A DNA stretch of 64,000 nt from Promethearchaeota archaeon (lineage in GTDB: Archaea > Asgardarchaeota > Lokiarchaeia > Sigyniarchaeales > SOKP01): positions 44,551-108,550 of the forward strand of contig JBHLMP010000005.1 of the NCBI GenBank assembly GCA_048938025.1, in the 5' to 3' direction. The notes under the pieces are model-generated. The model saw nothing but the letters and a program-made list of their open reading frames with translations, had not been told where the DNA came from and ran no database searches. Of this stretch, positions 1-9,845 are shown in pieces (the stretch's first letter is position 1; every line of letters begins with the position of its first letter). Made by a program: the position numbers and the translations under genes.

Positions 1-871
1 GCGAAGTTGGTTGTACATCGTCAGTTTTTATCTGTGGGACTTCCATTATTGGCTTCTTTTCCTCTTTTTCTAAAAGTGGTGGAGTGGGTTGTATTTCTTC
101 AAATTTTACACCACAATTATTACAAAATTTTGACTCTAAGGGTATTTTCTGTCCACAGTGAGGACAAGTTTTCATTGGTTTCTCTTCTATTTTCTCTGGG
201 ATTGATGGAATCGGTTCTAGCTCTTCTGCTTTTTTTTGATAAACATCAGCTACAAAATAATGAAGTTCTTCATTACGTAAAGTTGAATCTATTTTTCCAT
301 TGGTTATCAAATTATTTAAAATCATTCGAAGATTTTCTCTGATATATTTTCTTTCATTATGTGTTATTACAGAATTTTCTAATCTTACACCCAAAGCAGA
401 AACTGTGAGCGCAGATCCTTTATTTTCTTTTAAATAATTATATACAATATTTTCGATGTTTTTCATAGAGATTTCAGATTTTTGTTCTTGGCTTATAGGT
501 GGTTTTGCACTTACAGCAGCAATAAATGTTACTATAGCACTCAAGACCCAAATTATTGTTTCCATACTATAATATAATCCCCCATAAGAATTAAAAAAAA
601 AGAGAAATGATACAATAAGAATCACACCATTTATAAAATATAACATACGTGCGTTCCAAGGTAAATCTCTTCCTGTATCAAAAATGTTTTTACTAGTATA
701 TGCATAATCTGTAGAATCCCAATAAATCGCAATAAATTGTATGATAATACAGACTATATATAATGTAATTACTGTGTTGATAATTGGGATATAATACAAC
801 AAATATTGTAAAAAAATTAAAATAAATAGTAGAAGAATGCCATAAAAAGCAAATTTAATTGATTCCTTAAT
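1..871 (-). CDS. Membrane protein (about 4 TM) with a cytoplasmic winged-helix-like segment and double zinc ribbon; 3' end runs off the window; probable ATT/ATA start
   Basis: Manual translation gives IKESIKFAFYGILLLFILIFLQYLL...NYLKENKGSALTVSAL...KTCPHCGQKIPLESKFCNNCGVKF..., open to position 1. It is absent from the ORF track because there is no stop in the window. In-frame TGA at 880-878; first canonical start is TTG at 802. Confidence 0.75.
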   Translation of the reverse strand, partial: MKESIKFAFYGILLLFILIFLQYLLYYIPIINTVITLYIVCIIIQFIAIYWDSTDYAYTSKNIFDTGRDLPWNARMLYFINGVILIVSFLFFFNSYGGLYYSMETIIWVLSAIVTFIAAVSAKPPISQEQKSEISMKNIENIVYNYLKENKGSALTVSALGVRLENSVITHNERKYIRENLRMILNNLITNGKIDSTLRNEELHYFVADVYQKKAEELEPIPSIPEKIEEKPMKTCPHCGQKIPLESKFCNNCGVKFEEIQPTPPLLEKEEKKPIMEVPQIKTDDVQPTS

Positions 872-1036
872 TATAAGTCAACTTTTATTATTTTGATTGT
901 AGTCTATTTATATAATTACATTTTATATATCGAACGTTTTAGTATATAAATTTTTATTAGGAGTAGTAAGTCATTGAGAAAAATATGTAAAAAAAAAATG
1001 ACTTTTATTTAAATCAATAGATCGTGATTGATTACT

Positions 1037-1501
1037 TTATTTGTCTGTAATTATATCGAATTCTATTAGATTTTCTAGTATTTTTTCTAAATAATTCTCG
1101 AAATCATCTATTTCTTCGTCGCTAAATTTGTTGTAGAATAATTTTCCCATTTCACGAGAAACATCTACATATTTATCTTGTAATAATCTATTCTTTTCTG
1201 TTAAAGCAATTAGAATTTCTCGCCTATCTTTTTTTGATGGAACTCGTTTAATAAATCCTGCCATTTCAAGATTATCCAGCATCGATGTTAAGGTAGATTT
1301 ACTATATTGCGTTTTCTCTACAAGTTCATGAATAGGTATATTATCCTTCTGCCAAAGAACAAACATAATTCTACCTTGAGCAGGATTAAATTCATCAAGT
1401 TTATGATCCTTTAGAATCCTAGCAAATATTCTCTGAGATAATTGATGAATTTTAGATATCAGAAAGCCGCCTTGTCGTTGTTGTTTCATTGTTTCCTTCA
1501 T
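1037..1501 (-). CDS. MarR family transcriptional regulator
   Basis: KSTLTSMLDNLEMAGFIKRVPSKKDRREILIALTEK is a MarR wing with DxR. Overlaps the upstream gene by 4 nt (ATGA). Confidence 0.9.
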   Translation of the reverse strand: MKETMKQQRQGGFLISKIHQLSQRIFARILKDHKLDEFNPAQGRIMFVLWQKDNIPIHELVEKTQYSKSTLTSMLDNLEMAGFIKRVPSKKDRREILIALTEKNRLLQDKYVDVSREMGKLFYNKFSDEEIDDFENYLEKILENLIEFDIITDK

Positions 1502-1959
1502 AATTCAAAATTAACTAGATTTAATTTGTAATAAAATCTGGCATGTTTTGGATTTAATATGAGTAATGTGTAATCTGGATCATCCACTCCCTCTTTATAA
1601 TATCTTGTCCACCAATCAAGCCATATGGTTCTTTTAAGTTCTTTATCATTAACGATTTCCACTAATCCTCTGAACATAACCCCTTTAAAATCTTCTGGAT
1701 CACAATAATAAACGTTAATTTTGGGGTTATTTTTTATATGAGCAACCTTGGACGACGATGTATTAGTTCCAATATAGATTGCAAATTTGTTTTCTTGCTC
1801 TTGAAAAAAAGTAGAAAATTCTGGAAATTGTTCCTTATTTCTAAGATTAAACATTGCCCTTGTTATAGGAAAACCATCAGAATCGATTGTTGTAAGATAT
1901 GCCGCTTTAGATGTTTCCATCAACTCTAAACTCTGTTTTTTTACTTCTTCAATATCCAT
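1498..1959 (-). CDS. Pyridoxamine 5'-phosphate oxidase-like / general stress protein 26 FMN-binding split barrel
   Basis: AYLTTIDSDGFPITRAM, TNTSSSKVAHIKNNPK, GVDDPDY. Confidence 0.85.
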   Translation of the reverse strand: MDIEEVKKQSLELMETSKAAYLTTIDSDGFPITRAMFNLRNKEQFPEFSTFFQEQENKFAIYIGTNTSSSKVAHIKNNPKINVYYCDPEDFKGVMFRGLVEIVNDKELKRTIWLDWWTRYYKEGVDDPDYTLLILNPKHARFYYKLNLVNFEL

Positions 1960-1986
1960 TTAAATTGCCTCCCAATTAAATAATTT

Positions 1987-2325
1987 TCATAGATTTTTTC
2001 GAATTTCTTCTAGATTTTGCTTGGCTGAAGGGCTTTTTTCAAAACACTTTTTTAAATTATCGCAGACGTACTCCTCGCAATAAGCACAATTTTCATAACC
2101 TTTCTCCCTACAGCAATTTCTTATATCGCATTCATTACACCAACTAAAAATTCTTCCTTCACTATTACAACCGTCACAATAGATATCCTCTGGTTTAAAA
2201 GACATCGTCTCACCAGACCATTCTTTAGCAATTCTTTTTATTTCTTCTTTATCTCCTTTTTGAGTAGCTATGTATGCGGGACATTCAGCACAATTAAGTC
2301 CGCAATATACTATTATTTTATCCAT
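1987..2325 (-). CDS. DUF3795 Cys-rich (Fe-S/metal) protein
   Basis: YCGLNCAECPAY...CDGC...CNECDIRNCCREKGYENCAYCEEYVC. Confidence 0.85.
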   Translation of the reverse strand: MDKIIVYCGLNCAECPAYIATQKGDKEEIKRIAKEWSGETMSFKPEDIYCDGCNSEGRIFSWCNECDIRNCCREKGYENCAYCEEYVCDNLKKCFEKSPSAKQNLEEIRKNL

Positions 2326-2357
2326 AATTCTATTCCTCTTTTTTTTTCTATTTTTTA

Positions 2358-2924
2358 TTATTTTGTTTTATAACTATTTCCTATATCATAGGCATTTGCG
2401 AGATATTCTCCAACTCTCAAATACGGACCATCAGGCATTAAGAATATAAATAAATCCATTTTTTTAAAATCTGGTTTATTTTCAGTTAGATATTTCTCTT
2501 CTGTGTAAACTTCAACAATTTCCCCTATAAATAATTCTGTTCTTTCAAGTTCTATTGTTCTAACCAATTTACACTCTATATTCAAAGGACAATCTTTTAT
2601 CATCGGTGCCCTTTTAAGATCTCCATAAAATACTTCAAATACTTCGGATTTATCAACTTCAGAACCTGAATGTAAACCAACATAGTCGGTTACCATAACC
2701 ATATCAGCAGAAGGTATATTAATGCTAAAAGCTTCATTTTCCTTAATACCCTTATTAGTATAATGTCTTTTTGACATTGCAACGCCAATCTGAGAAGGTG
2801 GAGAATTCAAAAGGTTAAACCAAACTATCGTGTTAAAATTTGGTTTACCATCAACATGAGCCCCTATTATACATACTGGCAGTGGTAAAAGGGGCAATTC
2901 CATTCCTGTTTTTATCTTATTGAT
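2358..2924 (-). CDS. Flavin reductase (flavoredoxin) family protein; possible ATC start at 2924 (ATG alternative at 2903)
   Basis: PLPVCIIGAHVDGKPNF, APMIKDCPLNIECKL, LFIGEIVEV. The upstream in-frame NKIKTG follows an AGGTG SD. Confidence 0.85.
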   Translation of the reverse strand: MNKIKTGMELPLLPLPVCIIGAHVDGKPNFNTIVWFNLLNSPPSQIGVAMSKRHYTNKGIKENEAFSINIPSADMVMVTDYVGLHSGSEVDKSEVFEVFYGDLKRAPMIKDCPLNIECKLVRTIELERTELFIGEIVEVYTEEKYLTENKPDFKKMDLFIFLMPDGPYLRVGEYLANAYDIGNSYKTK

Positions 2925-3082
2925 TTTTCACACCTTAATCTATTATTAACATTGACTCTTGTCTTTTCAAACAGTTCAGAAACCCTTTTTCTCCTTATTT
3001 CAGTATCATTATCTTTCTGAGTTCTTCCATTATTGAGAAACTCAAAATAAATATTTTCACAAGAATATCTAGTCTTATCCAT
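2912..3082 (-). CDS. Small hypothetical 56-aa ORF at the head of the operon
   Basis: ATG at 3082 gives MDKTRYSCENIIFEFLNNGRTQKDNDTEIRRKRVSELFEKTRVNVNNRLRCEKSIR*. It lies directly downstream of the operator and overlaps the next gene start. Confidence 0.35.
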   Translation of the reverse strand: MDKTRYSCENIYFEFLNNGRTQKDNDTEIRRKRVSELFEKTRVNVNNRLRCEKSIR

Positions 3083-3104
3083 TTTTTTGATCTATTTTAA
3101 TAAT

Positions 3105-3133
3105 GTTCTATATCGAACTGTTCTATATAGAAC
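3105..3133. promoter_or_regulatory. Tandem palindromic operator, probably for the MarR regulator of this operon
   Basis: GTTCTATATCGAAC (3105-3118) and the perfect palindrome GTTCTATATAGAAC (3120-3133), separated by 1 nt. Confidence 0.7.
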
Positions 3134-3208
3134 TATATTATACTTTCATATTTAAATATATCGATCTAAAAGGGAAAAACTCTTATATTCTACTTTGCTT
3201 TTTAGCAT

Positions 3209-4729
3209 TCATTTGAGAAAGTTTTCCCCATCCTTTAAAAGTAAAGTTTTATCAAAATTTTCCGCAAACCACTCTGGATTATCCGTGTGTACTGGAATAA
3301 TAACATCAGGATCAATTGTCTCAATTGCCCATCTAATGTCATTTTGTGATGCATGTCCAGAAGCGTGAAATCCTCTACTGAATTCAGGTTTTAATCGACC
3401 TTCTTCTTTAATAATCTCAAACCCGAATATTTTAAATCCAAAGTGCTCAAGCCATTTACCTAATCTTATAAAATCAAATTCAGATTCTTCCTCAAATGCT
3501 TCACTTGAAGAATAGATATAAGTACCATTTGTTGGTTTTATGTCCAATAAGTTTTTTAAATCATAAAGAGAGAAACATAATATATATCTATTAGGCTCTT
3601 TCGCAACATTTATTGGGTTTATGTAATTAATATCTTCCTTATTTTTAAGATATTTTTCCTCCCAATTCTGAGATTTTACTTTTAATGTATTAAAAATTAA
3701 GACATCTTTTAACCTTTTTATCCCATCAACCATCTCAAGAGCTTTTAGTAAGAAAGCATTCTTTGCGGTTATTACTAATTTTTTTTCTACTTTATTTGCT
3801 ATCTCTCGAAAAGTTTCTAATCGTTCGAAATTCCTAGCAGAAAAATCTGCAACGATGAGATCTTTTGAATTTTCAACAACATCTAGGCAATTATTAAAAA
3901 CTATATTTTCAGATTCATTAATATCTTCTCTCGTTGCTCTTGTTCCTTCAATAATTAAAATTGAAGCATCCTTTGCGCTTTTAATGAAATTCTTGCTTTT
4001 ATCACCCATTTTACCATGTAAGCGAAAATCACCAGTATAAGCAATAGAATTATCCCCACTGACTATGAACCCTGTTGCCCCATAAATAGAATGATCCACC
4101 TCAAAAGCTTTAATTTCGAATGTAGTAGAGAGTTCATCTAAATAATATAGCTCTCCTCTTTCAAAATCTTTTCCTTTTTTAATACAAGTAGATAAGAACT
4201 TTTCCATAGAATCCAAATAATTATAAGTACTGTAAAATGTTCTACATTTTCCTGGTTTACTACCTGATTTTAAAATTCTATCATCATCTGCTGGAACTCT
4301 TTCAAAAAAATAAGTAACTTCATTATTCAGACTAGCTTTTGAGCTATCTAATATACCCTTAAGTAATACTATAGTTGTAGGTGACGCAACAATGGGAATA
4401 TTAGGATCAAGCAAAGAAATATTGCCAAAATGATCCATATGTGCATGGCTGAGTAAAACCGCATCAATTTTTAGTGAAGGATATAATGATACATTAAGAT
4501 CAGAAGGAATGAGATCTTTTCGATAAATATTTAGCTTAGGAATAAGATCCAAATGGACAAGATCATGAATCCCGCGTGTAGGACGTTCTTTGAGAAATTC
4601 TTGAAAATATTCGCCATATTTCTTAAAATTCATACCGAAATCAAGAAATAAACCATTATCTCTTTCCTGCACATAAATCTTTGTCCCTCCAATTGTTTCT
4701 GACCCATCAAATACAGTTATTGATGTCAT
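3209..4729 (-). CDS. MBL-fold metallo-hydrolase, RNase J-like beta-CASP family
   Basis: TIGG, DFG, SHAHMDH, VDHS, YTGDFRLHG, IEGT, HASGH, IPVHT motifs. Confidence 0.85.
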   Translation of the reverse strand: MTSITVFDGSETIGGTKIYVQERDNGLFLDFGMNFKKYGEYFQEFLKERPTRGIHDLVHLDLIPKLNIYRKDLIPSDLNVSLYPSLKIDAVLLSHAHMDHFGNISLLDPNIPIVASPTTIVLLKGILDSSKASLNNEVTYFFERVPADDDRILKSGSKPGKCRTFYSTYNYLDSMEKFLSTCIKKGKDFERGELYYLDELSTTFEIKAFEVDHSIYGATGFIVSGDNSIAYTGDFRLHGKMGDKSKNFIKSAKDASILIIEGTRATREDINESENIVFNNCLDVVENSKDLIVADFSARNFERLETFREIANKVEKKLVITAKNAFLLKALEMVDGIKRLKDVLIFNTLKVKSQNWEEKYLKNKEDINYINPINVAKEPNRYILCFSLYDLKNLLDIKPTNGTYIYSSSEAFEEESEFDFIRLGKWLEHFGFKIFGFEIIKEEGRLKPEFSRGFHASGHASQNDIRWAIETIDPDVIIPVHTDNPEWFAENFDKTLLLKDGENFLK

Positions 4730-4830
4730 TTTTATAAAATCTTATAATCTTTAATTAAAAAATAAAATTAAAGAAATAAAAATTAAACCCTAAATTATTA
4801 TTAATTTACAAATCTTATGGATGGGTAATT

Positions 4831-5634
4831 TTACTCTAAACCTTTAATTTCTTTCGGAGTTCGTGGTGGAGAGCGAACAAACTTAACGGCAGGATATCCT
4901 ATTATGAAAGCCCCGATTCTTTTTCCATCAATATTAGCTAACTTTTTAATTTCAGAATTAGAATTCATTGCAATTTGAGACCAACCATTCCAGCACGTAC
5001 CTAGGCCAAGTGCTTGAGCAGCTAATCTTCCATATGTAATAATAATTCCTATATTATTTGCCTCTACTTCATGATCATTGGGAGAATCTATGAAAATTAC
5101 ATGGGGAGCATCAAAAAATATAGGACTGCGAAATGCTTTTCCAAGAATTCGAAGAATTCGTGCGTCTCTTTCCTTTGTTAAAGGATGATTAGATAATTCT
5201 TCTTGAATAGCATCAGAAAGCTTTTTTATTAGTTCACTATCTGATATAATCGAAAAGTTCTCTGTTCTTCTATTATCTCCAGTAGGAGCATTTTCCATTG
5301 CTTGAAAAACTTTCTTCAGTATTTCAAGTGGAACCTTTTTCTTTTTATAAAGCCGAACTGATCTATTCGCTCTAAGAAATTTATAAATAGTATCGTATGA
5401 AGCTATTGTTTCAGGTTTAGCAACACCTTCATATTCAAATGCTTCTCCCATACCTTCGTGCTGAACAGCATCCTCAGGACATCTAGCAATGCAATGAGCG
5501 CATAAATTACATAAGTTATAAGGATCACTAAAGATAACTTTTTCTTGCTCCTTATCCCATCTAAACATATAGCATGTAGTTAAGCAGATTCTACAATTAC
5601 TACATTTCTCATAATCTATTCCTAATATTGACAT
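4831..5634 (-). CDS. Nitroreductase family protein with N-terminal 4Fe-4S ferredoxin domain
   Basis: CxxCxxC and CxxCxxCxxxCP motifs; RSVRLY, APTG, GLGTCW. Confidence 0.9.
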   Translation of the reverse strand: MSILGIDYEKCSNCRICLTTCYMFRWDKEQEKVIFSDPYNLCNLCAHCIARCPEDAVQHEGMGEAFEYEGVAKPETIASYDTIYKFLRANRSVRLYKKKKVPLEILKKVFQAMENAPTGDNRRTENFSIISDSELIKKLSDAIQEELSNHPLTKERDARILRILGKAFRSPIFFDAPHVIFIDSPNDHEVEANNIGIIITYGRLAAQALGLGTCWNGWSQIAMNSNSEIKKLANIDGKRIGAFIIGYPAVKFVRSPPRTPKEIKGLE

Positions 5635-5778
5635 AATTATTGAATTTTAATTTTAAAATATAAAAATGAAAATCATACTTTAAATTAGTATTTTTACATC
5701 AAATAAATATTTTAATGAACCTGCTTATGACATGTGTTGTTGGTAATTATATTAGTCTAAAATTCTGAAAATTTCCTT

Positions 5779-5819
5779 TTTGATATATTCCTATTTGATA
5801 TATTCTTATTTGATATACT
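5779..5819. repeat. 15-bp tandem repeat (about 2.7 copies) in a divergent promoter region
   Basis: TTTGATATATTCCTA TTTGATATATTCTTA TTTGATATACT. Confidence 0.75.
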
Positions 5820-5923
5820 AAAATAAGCCTTATTGAATATTTATTAATTTTTTTAGCTAATTTTAATAAGATTAATAAATTAGCAAGAATAGTTAAATAC
5901 TTAATAGAGGAAAAGGTGTTTCC

Positions 5924-7195
5924 ATGGAAAAAGAACAAGTTTTTTTGAAACTATTTGGAAGGAACCTCATAAGCTTCAAAATGCTCGACGATGGCGAGAT
6001 TATTGGTACGGGCATTTTAAATCCTCTCATTAAAAAATTGCGTTTGCTTGTAATGCTTATTTTACAAGCAGGATTTTACAAGAACTATAATCTTGGAAGA
6101 TGGAAAGGAAAAATAGTTCCAAATACCTTTGCACCTCCTGTTGGAAGTCGTCCGCAATTTCGTGCACTTAGAGGGCTTATAAAATCTCATTTATTACCAT
6201 GGCGCGTTCCGATTGCAATGACATTCGCAGTAACTTATAGATGCCAGTGTAAGTGCGTTCATTGTAGTGCAGGAAAGAATTTAAGAAAAGATATACCAGA
6301 ACTCACGACAGAAGAAGCAAAAAAACTCATTGATGATAGTCAAAAACTTGGTATAGCAATTTTGGCCTTCACGGGAGGAGAGCCTTTGTTAAGGGAGGAC
6401 ATTTTCGAACTTATTTCATATGTAGACAAGCGAAAGACTATGCCTATCATGTTTACAAATGGACAATTTCTCACAGATGAAAATGTGGAAAAATTGGTAG
6501 ATGCAGGGCTTTATTCAATATTTGTAAGTATTGATAGCCCCCTTCCTGAAGAACATGATAGTGTGAGAGGTGTGCCAGGAATTTTTGAAGCTGCTATAAA
6601 GGGACTAAAGAAATTGAAAGAAAGAGGAGTGTTTGTAGGTCTCTCTTCTTATGCTATTCGTTCTAATACAGAACAAGGAATGTACAAAAAACTGCATGAA
6701 CTTGGTCAGAAACTTGGTGTTCATAATATAATCCTTTTTGATGGTGTCCCCACAGGAAATATGTTGCATAATACAGACGAGTTGCTGACTTGGAAGCTGC
6801 GTGATGAAATTTTTGAATTTTCCGCTAATATATTCAGAAATAAGATAGTACCTCCCTTGTCATCTCAATCATGGCAAAACTCTATAGAGGCAAATCTCGC
6901 AGGTATTGGGTGTTTAGCAGCAAATATCCAGTACTATGCCTCCGCTTATGGAGATATAGCACCATGTGATTTTACCCCAATATCATTTGGAAACATCCGT
7001 AAAGAGTCCCTAAAAAAGATCTGGATCAGAATGACGAAACATCCTGCCTATAATCATCGAAGCACATTTTGCAGGATGCAGCATCATAAATTCCGTCATT
7101 TTTATATCGATCCGATTCCTGATGATGCAACACTTCCATACTCGATAGCAAAACTTCCAAATGTAGACTATCGAAAAGTTGAAATTTCTAAGTAG
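5924..7195 (+). CDS. Radical SAM protein with SPASM/twitch-like domain
   Basis: CQCKCVHC, FTGGEP, VSID, GCLAA...GDIAPCDF...GNIR. Confidence 0.9.
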   Translation: MEKEQVFLKLFGRNLISFKMLDDGEIIGTGILNPLIKKLRLLVMLILQAGFYKNYNLGRWKGKIVPNTFAPPVGSRPQFRALRGLIKSHLLPWRVPIAMTFAVTYRCQCKCVHCSAGKNLRKDIPELTTEEAKKLIDDSQKLGIAILAFTGGEPLLREDIFELISYVDKRKTMPIMFTNGQFLTDENVEKLVDAGLYSIFVSIDSPLPEEHDSVRGVPGIFEAAIKGLKKLKERGVFVGLSSYAIRSNTEQGMYKKLHELGQKLGVHNIILFDGVPTGNMLHNTDELLTWKLRDEIFEFSANIFRNKIVPPLSSQSWQNSIEANLAGIGCLAANIQYYASAYGDIAPCDFTPISFGNIRKESLKKIWIRMTKHPAYNHRSTFCRMQHHKFRHFYIDPIPDDATLPYSIAKLPNVDYRKVEISK

Positions 7196-7219
7196 AACTT
7201 TCAAAACCTATAACACTTT

Positions 7220-7864
7220 TCAACTTTCCTGGTGTTCTTCTAATACCCATTTAACAGCTCTTTTTATTACTATTTGCAATATTTCTTCTTCTAATGATTT
7301 TGATTTATGTCCTAATGCACAGAAGAAAATTCTTCCTTTTCCATAAGTTTTAGTCCACATTATAGGGTTAGATTTAGGATCAACCTCATCATGATAATCA
7401 GCTTCAGCTAAAATATGAATATTTTCACCCATTGATAAATCATGCTGATATTGCTCTTCTTTAATTATAAAATCTTCTAAACCTTGAGTTATTGGATGAC
7501 TTTTATCAACGATTTTAACATGATAATCTTTAACTTTTTTATGACCAATAAATCGCCCCCCAAGCATTTCATAATATTTCGGATGAGCTTTAAAAGAAGC
7601 AGATGCTCCATGGATTCCTACGAATCCTTTTCCACTCGCAACAAAATCTAATACATTTTTCTCTTGTACGTCAGTAATTTCATCAAACTGAGTAAAAAAA
7701 ATAGTTGTATCATATTCAAAAAAGTCTCTATCACTAAATATTTTGGTATCTTCATATTTATCAACAATATAATCGCTTAAGATATTTCTAAAAGAAGCAT
7801 TAATCTTATCTCTAAATAAATATCTACCTCTTTGTAACAGCAAAATTCTCTTTATGATTTTCAT
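7220..7864 (-). CDS. ThuA domain (class I glutamine amidotransferase-like) protein
   Basis: GKGFVGIHGA, LGGRFIGH, HPITQGL, YGKGRIFFCALGH. Confidence 0.85.
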   Translation of the reverse strand: MKIIKRILLLQRGRYLFRDKINASFRNILSDYIVDKYEDTKIFSDRDFFEYDTTIFFTQFDEITDVQEKNVLDFVASGKGFVGIHGASASFKAHPKYYEMLGGRFIGHKKVKDYHVKIVDKSHPITQGLEDFIIKEEQYQHDLSMGENIHILAEADYHDEVDPKSNPIMWTKTYGKGRIFFCALGHKSKSLEEEILQIVIKRAVKWVLEEHQES

Positions 7865-7949
7865 AAATCATCATAAGAAAAAATGAAAAGTTCTTTATTA
7901 AGGGTTCTCTCTTATTACTGGGAAATTAGCAACTTTAATTTTGATTAAT

Positions 7950-8873
7950 ATGTCTGTTAAAAAAGGTGATGATTCTCTTTATCATATCGATTTAGAACAA
8001 CCAAGAGCAGGTTTTAGGAATTTCATAAGTACATGGGTTTATAAAGATAAAAATTTATGTTTCATAGTGGATCCAGGCCCAACATCAACAATAAATTTTT
8101 TAAAGGAGAAGTTAGAATCTATTGGGATTAATAATAAGAATCTGAATTACATTCTTTTAACTCATGTTCACATTGACCATGCAGGAGGAACGGGAAAACT
8201 CCTCTCATTTTTCCCAAGAACTCAGATTATATGCCATCCACGAGGTATGAGACATCTTATTAACCCCAAGAATTTATGGAATGCTAGTAAGAAAGTGCTA
8301 GGTGAAGTAGCAGATATGTATGGTGAAATTATACCAGTACCAGAAAATAAAATAAAATTTCAGGAAGAAATCGGGAGACAAGAAATTAAAGCAATAGAAA
8401 CAATAGGACATGCATCACATCATCTTTCTTATATGTTCAAAAAATATCTCTTTATAGGAGATGCGGCGGGCGTTCATTTTCCAATAAAAAATAATTTCTA
8501 CATTAGACCAGCAACTCCACCCATCTTTAATTATGATAGTGCTATAACCTCAATTGACAAACTTCTTTCATTAAATTTAAAAGATTTTAAGATTTGTTAT
8601 GCTCATTACGGAATTAGAAATAATGCGGAGAAAATGCTTAAAATAGCGAAAGAACAATTAACAATATGGAAGCAAGTTATAGAGAGTACATTAAGTGAAT
8701 GCAGACAATTGGATTTTGAAGATCATGTAATTAAAGAATTAATGAAAAAAGATGTTTATTTTAGTAATGTAATCCTATTTGATGAAGAAATTAAGAATAG
8801 AGAAAAAAAATTTATATCAAATAGTATAAAAGGATTCAAGGAATATATTCAAAAATCTCTTAAAGAGGAATAA
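7950..8873 (+). CDS. MBL-fold metallo-hydrolase (glyoxalase II-like)
   Basis: THVHIDHAGG, GHASHH, GDAAG, YAHYG. Confidence 0.9.
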   Translation: MSVKKGDDSLYHIDLEQPRAGFRNFISTWVYKDKNLCFIVDPGPTSTINFLKEKLESIGINNKNLNYILLTHVHIDHAGGTGKLLSFFPRTQIICHPRGMRHLINPKNLWNASKKVLGEVADMYGEIIPVPENKIKFQEEIGRQEIKAIETIGHASHHLSYMFKKYLFIGDAAGVHFPIKNNFYIRPATPPIFNYDSAITSIDKLLSLNLKDFKICYAHYGIRNNAEKMLKIAKEQLTIWKQVIESTLSECRQLDFEDHVIKELMKKDVYFSNVILFDEEIKNREKKFISNSIKGFKEYIQKSLKEE

Positions 8874-8943
8874 TTTTATTTTTTATGGTTTTTCACAAAA
8901 ATATAAGATTTAAATATTAAAAAATTAAAAAGAAATAACTATT

Positions 8944-9693
8944 TTATACATATTGAACTTCTGTTCTTAAGTTTACTAATTTATCAGGAAAGTTTGTGAA
9001 GATTCCATCAACTGTATATCCCTTATAACTCAAATTAATGTATTTCTTCATGAAATATTTAAAAAGCACAGCCCAAAGATAAAATTTAAAACCTGCTTTT
9101 TTAACTTGTTTAAAAACCTCAAGATTAAATCGATGGTGACTTAAATTTACAATCTGAACATTTAATCCTTTCAGCTGTTTTAATACAGCATAATTGTTTT
9201 CCATTATTTGTTTTTCAGAATAGAAAGAGTTTACTAGAGTTACATCTTTGCTTTTCTCCCGTAAGGGTCTAAAAAAGGCATCAATTGAGCCTCTATCAGT
9301 TGCGGGCTTAGTAATCTCAATTCTTTCAAGTAGACCATATTCTTCTGCTAATTCTATTATTTTTATCCCTGTTTCAACCTCTTTTATGTCAAAGGAATAA
9401 ATTATTCTATTTTTAAATTCTTCAAACATTTCACGAAGGGTAGGAATCTCATCACCATTCTCCAGCTTAACTTGTTTAATCTCTTTAAGGGTTAAATCTT
9501 TAATCGAAATTTTATTGTTATTGATTATTAGAAATGGTAAGAATTGAAGGATTATTTCTCCATCTTTTGATAAATGAGCTTCTGTTTTAATACCATCAAC
9601 TCCCATTTCAACAGCTTTTCTGAACGATGTTAATGTATTTTCAACTTCTCTTAATCCTGCACCCCTATGACCCCAAATTATTATATTTCTCAT
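8944..9693 (-). CDS. Glycerophosphodiester phosphodiesterase family protein
   Basis: GHRGAG...ENTLTSF, IPTLRE, DGIFTNFPD. ATG at 9693 follows an AGTGA SD. The usual E-x-D and second His positions look altered (KTEA, LQF). Confidence 0.8.
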   Translation of the reverse strand: MRNIIIWGHRGAGLREVENTLTSFRKAVEMGVDGIKTEAHLSKDGEIILQFLPFLIINNNKISIKDLTLKEIKQVKLENGDEIPTLREMFEEFKNRIIYSFDIKEVETGIKIIELAEEYGLLERIEITKPATDRGSIDAFFRPLREKSKDVTLVNSFYSEKQIMENNYAVLKQLKGLNVQIVNLSHHRFNLEVFKQVKKAGFKFYLWAVLFKYFMKKYINLSYKGYTVDGIFTNFPDKLVNLRTEVQYV

Positions 9694-9845
9694 TTGTATC
9701 ACTTAGATTATTAGCTAATTAAATTGATATTAAGGAGGTATTTAAATAAATCGTTAAGATCTCAAAAAAGAACATTTCAAATGGGTTATACTTAATTTGG
9801 TTTTAAAGATAAAAATTTATAATCAATAAAAAATGTGATTTGGGA

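Noticed and set aside
7-342. Plus-strand 111-aa ORF
   Set aside because: Shadow of the real minus-strand gene (1..871), which carries a zinc ribbon.
5747-5938. 63-aa minus-strand ORF with repeated YQI
   Set aside because: The repetition comes from the 15-bp promoter repeat, and the ORF overlaps the radical SAM start.
5924-7195. RiPP cluster around the radical SAM gene
   Set aside because: No adjacent precursor peptide, RRE domain or transporter; the Cys-rich peptide is 45 kb away.
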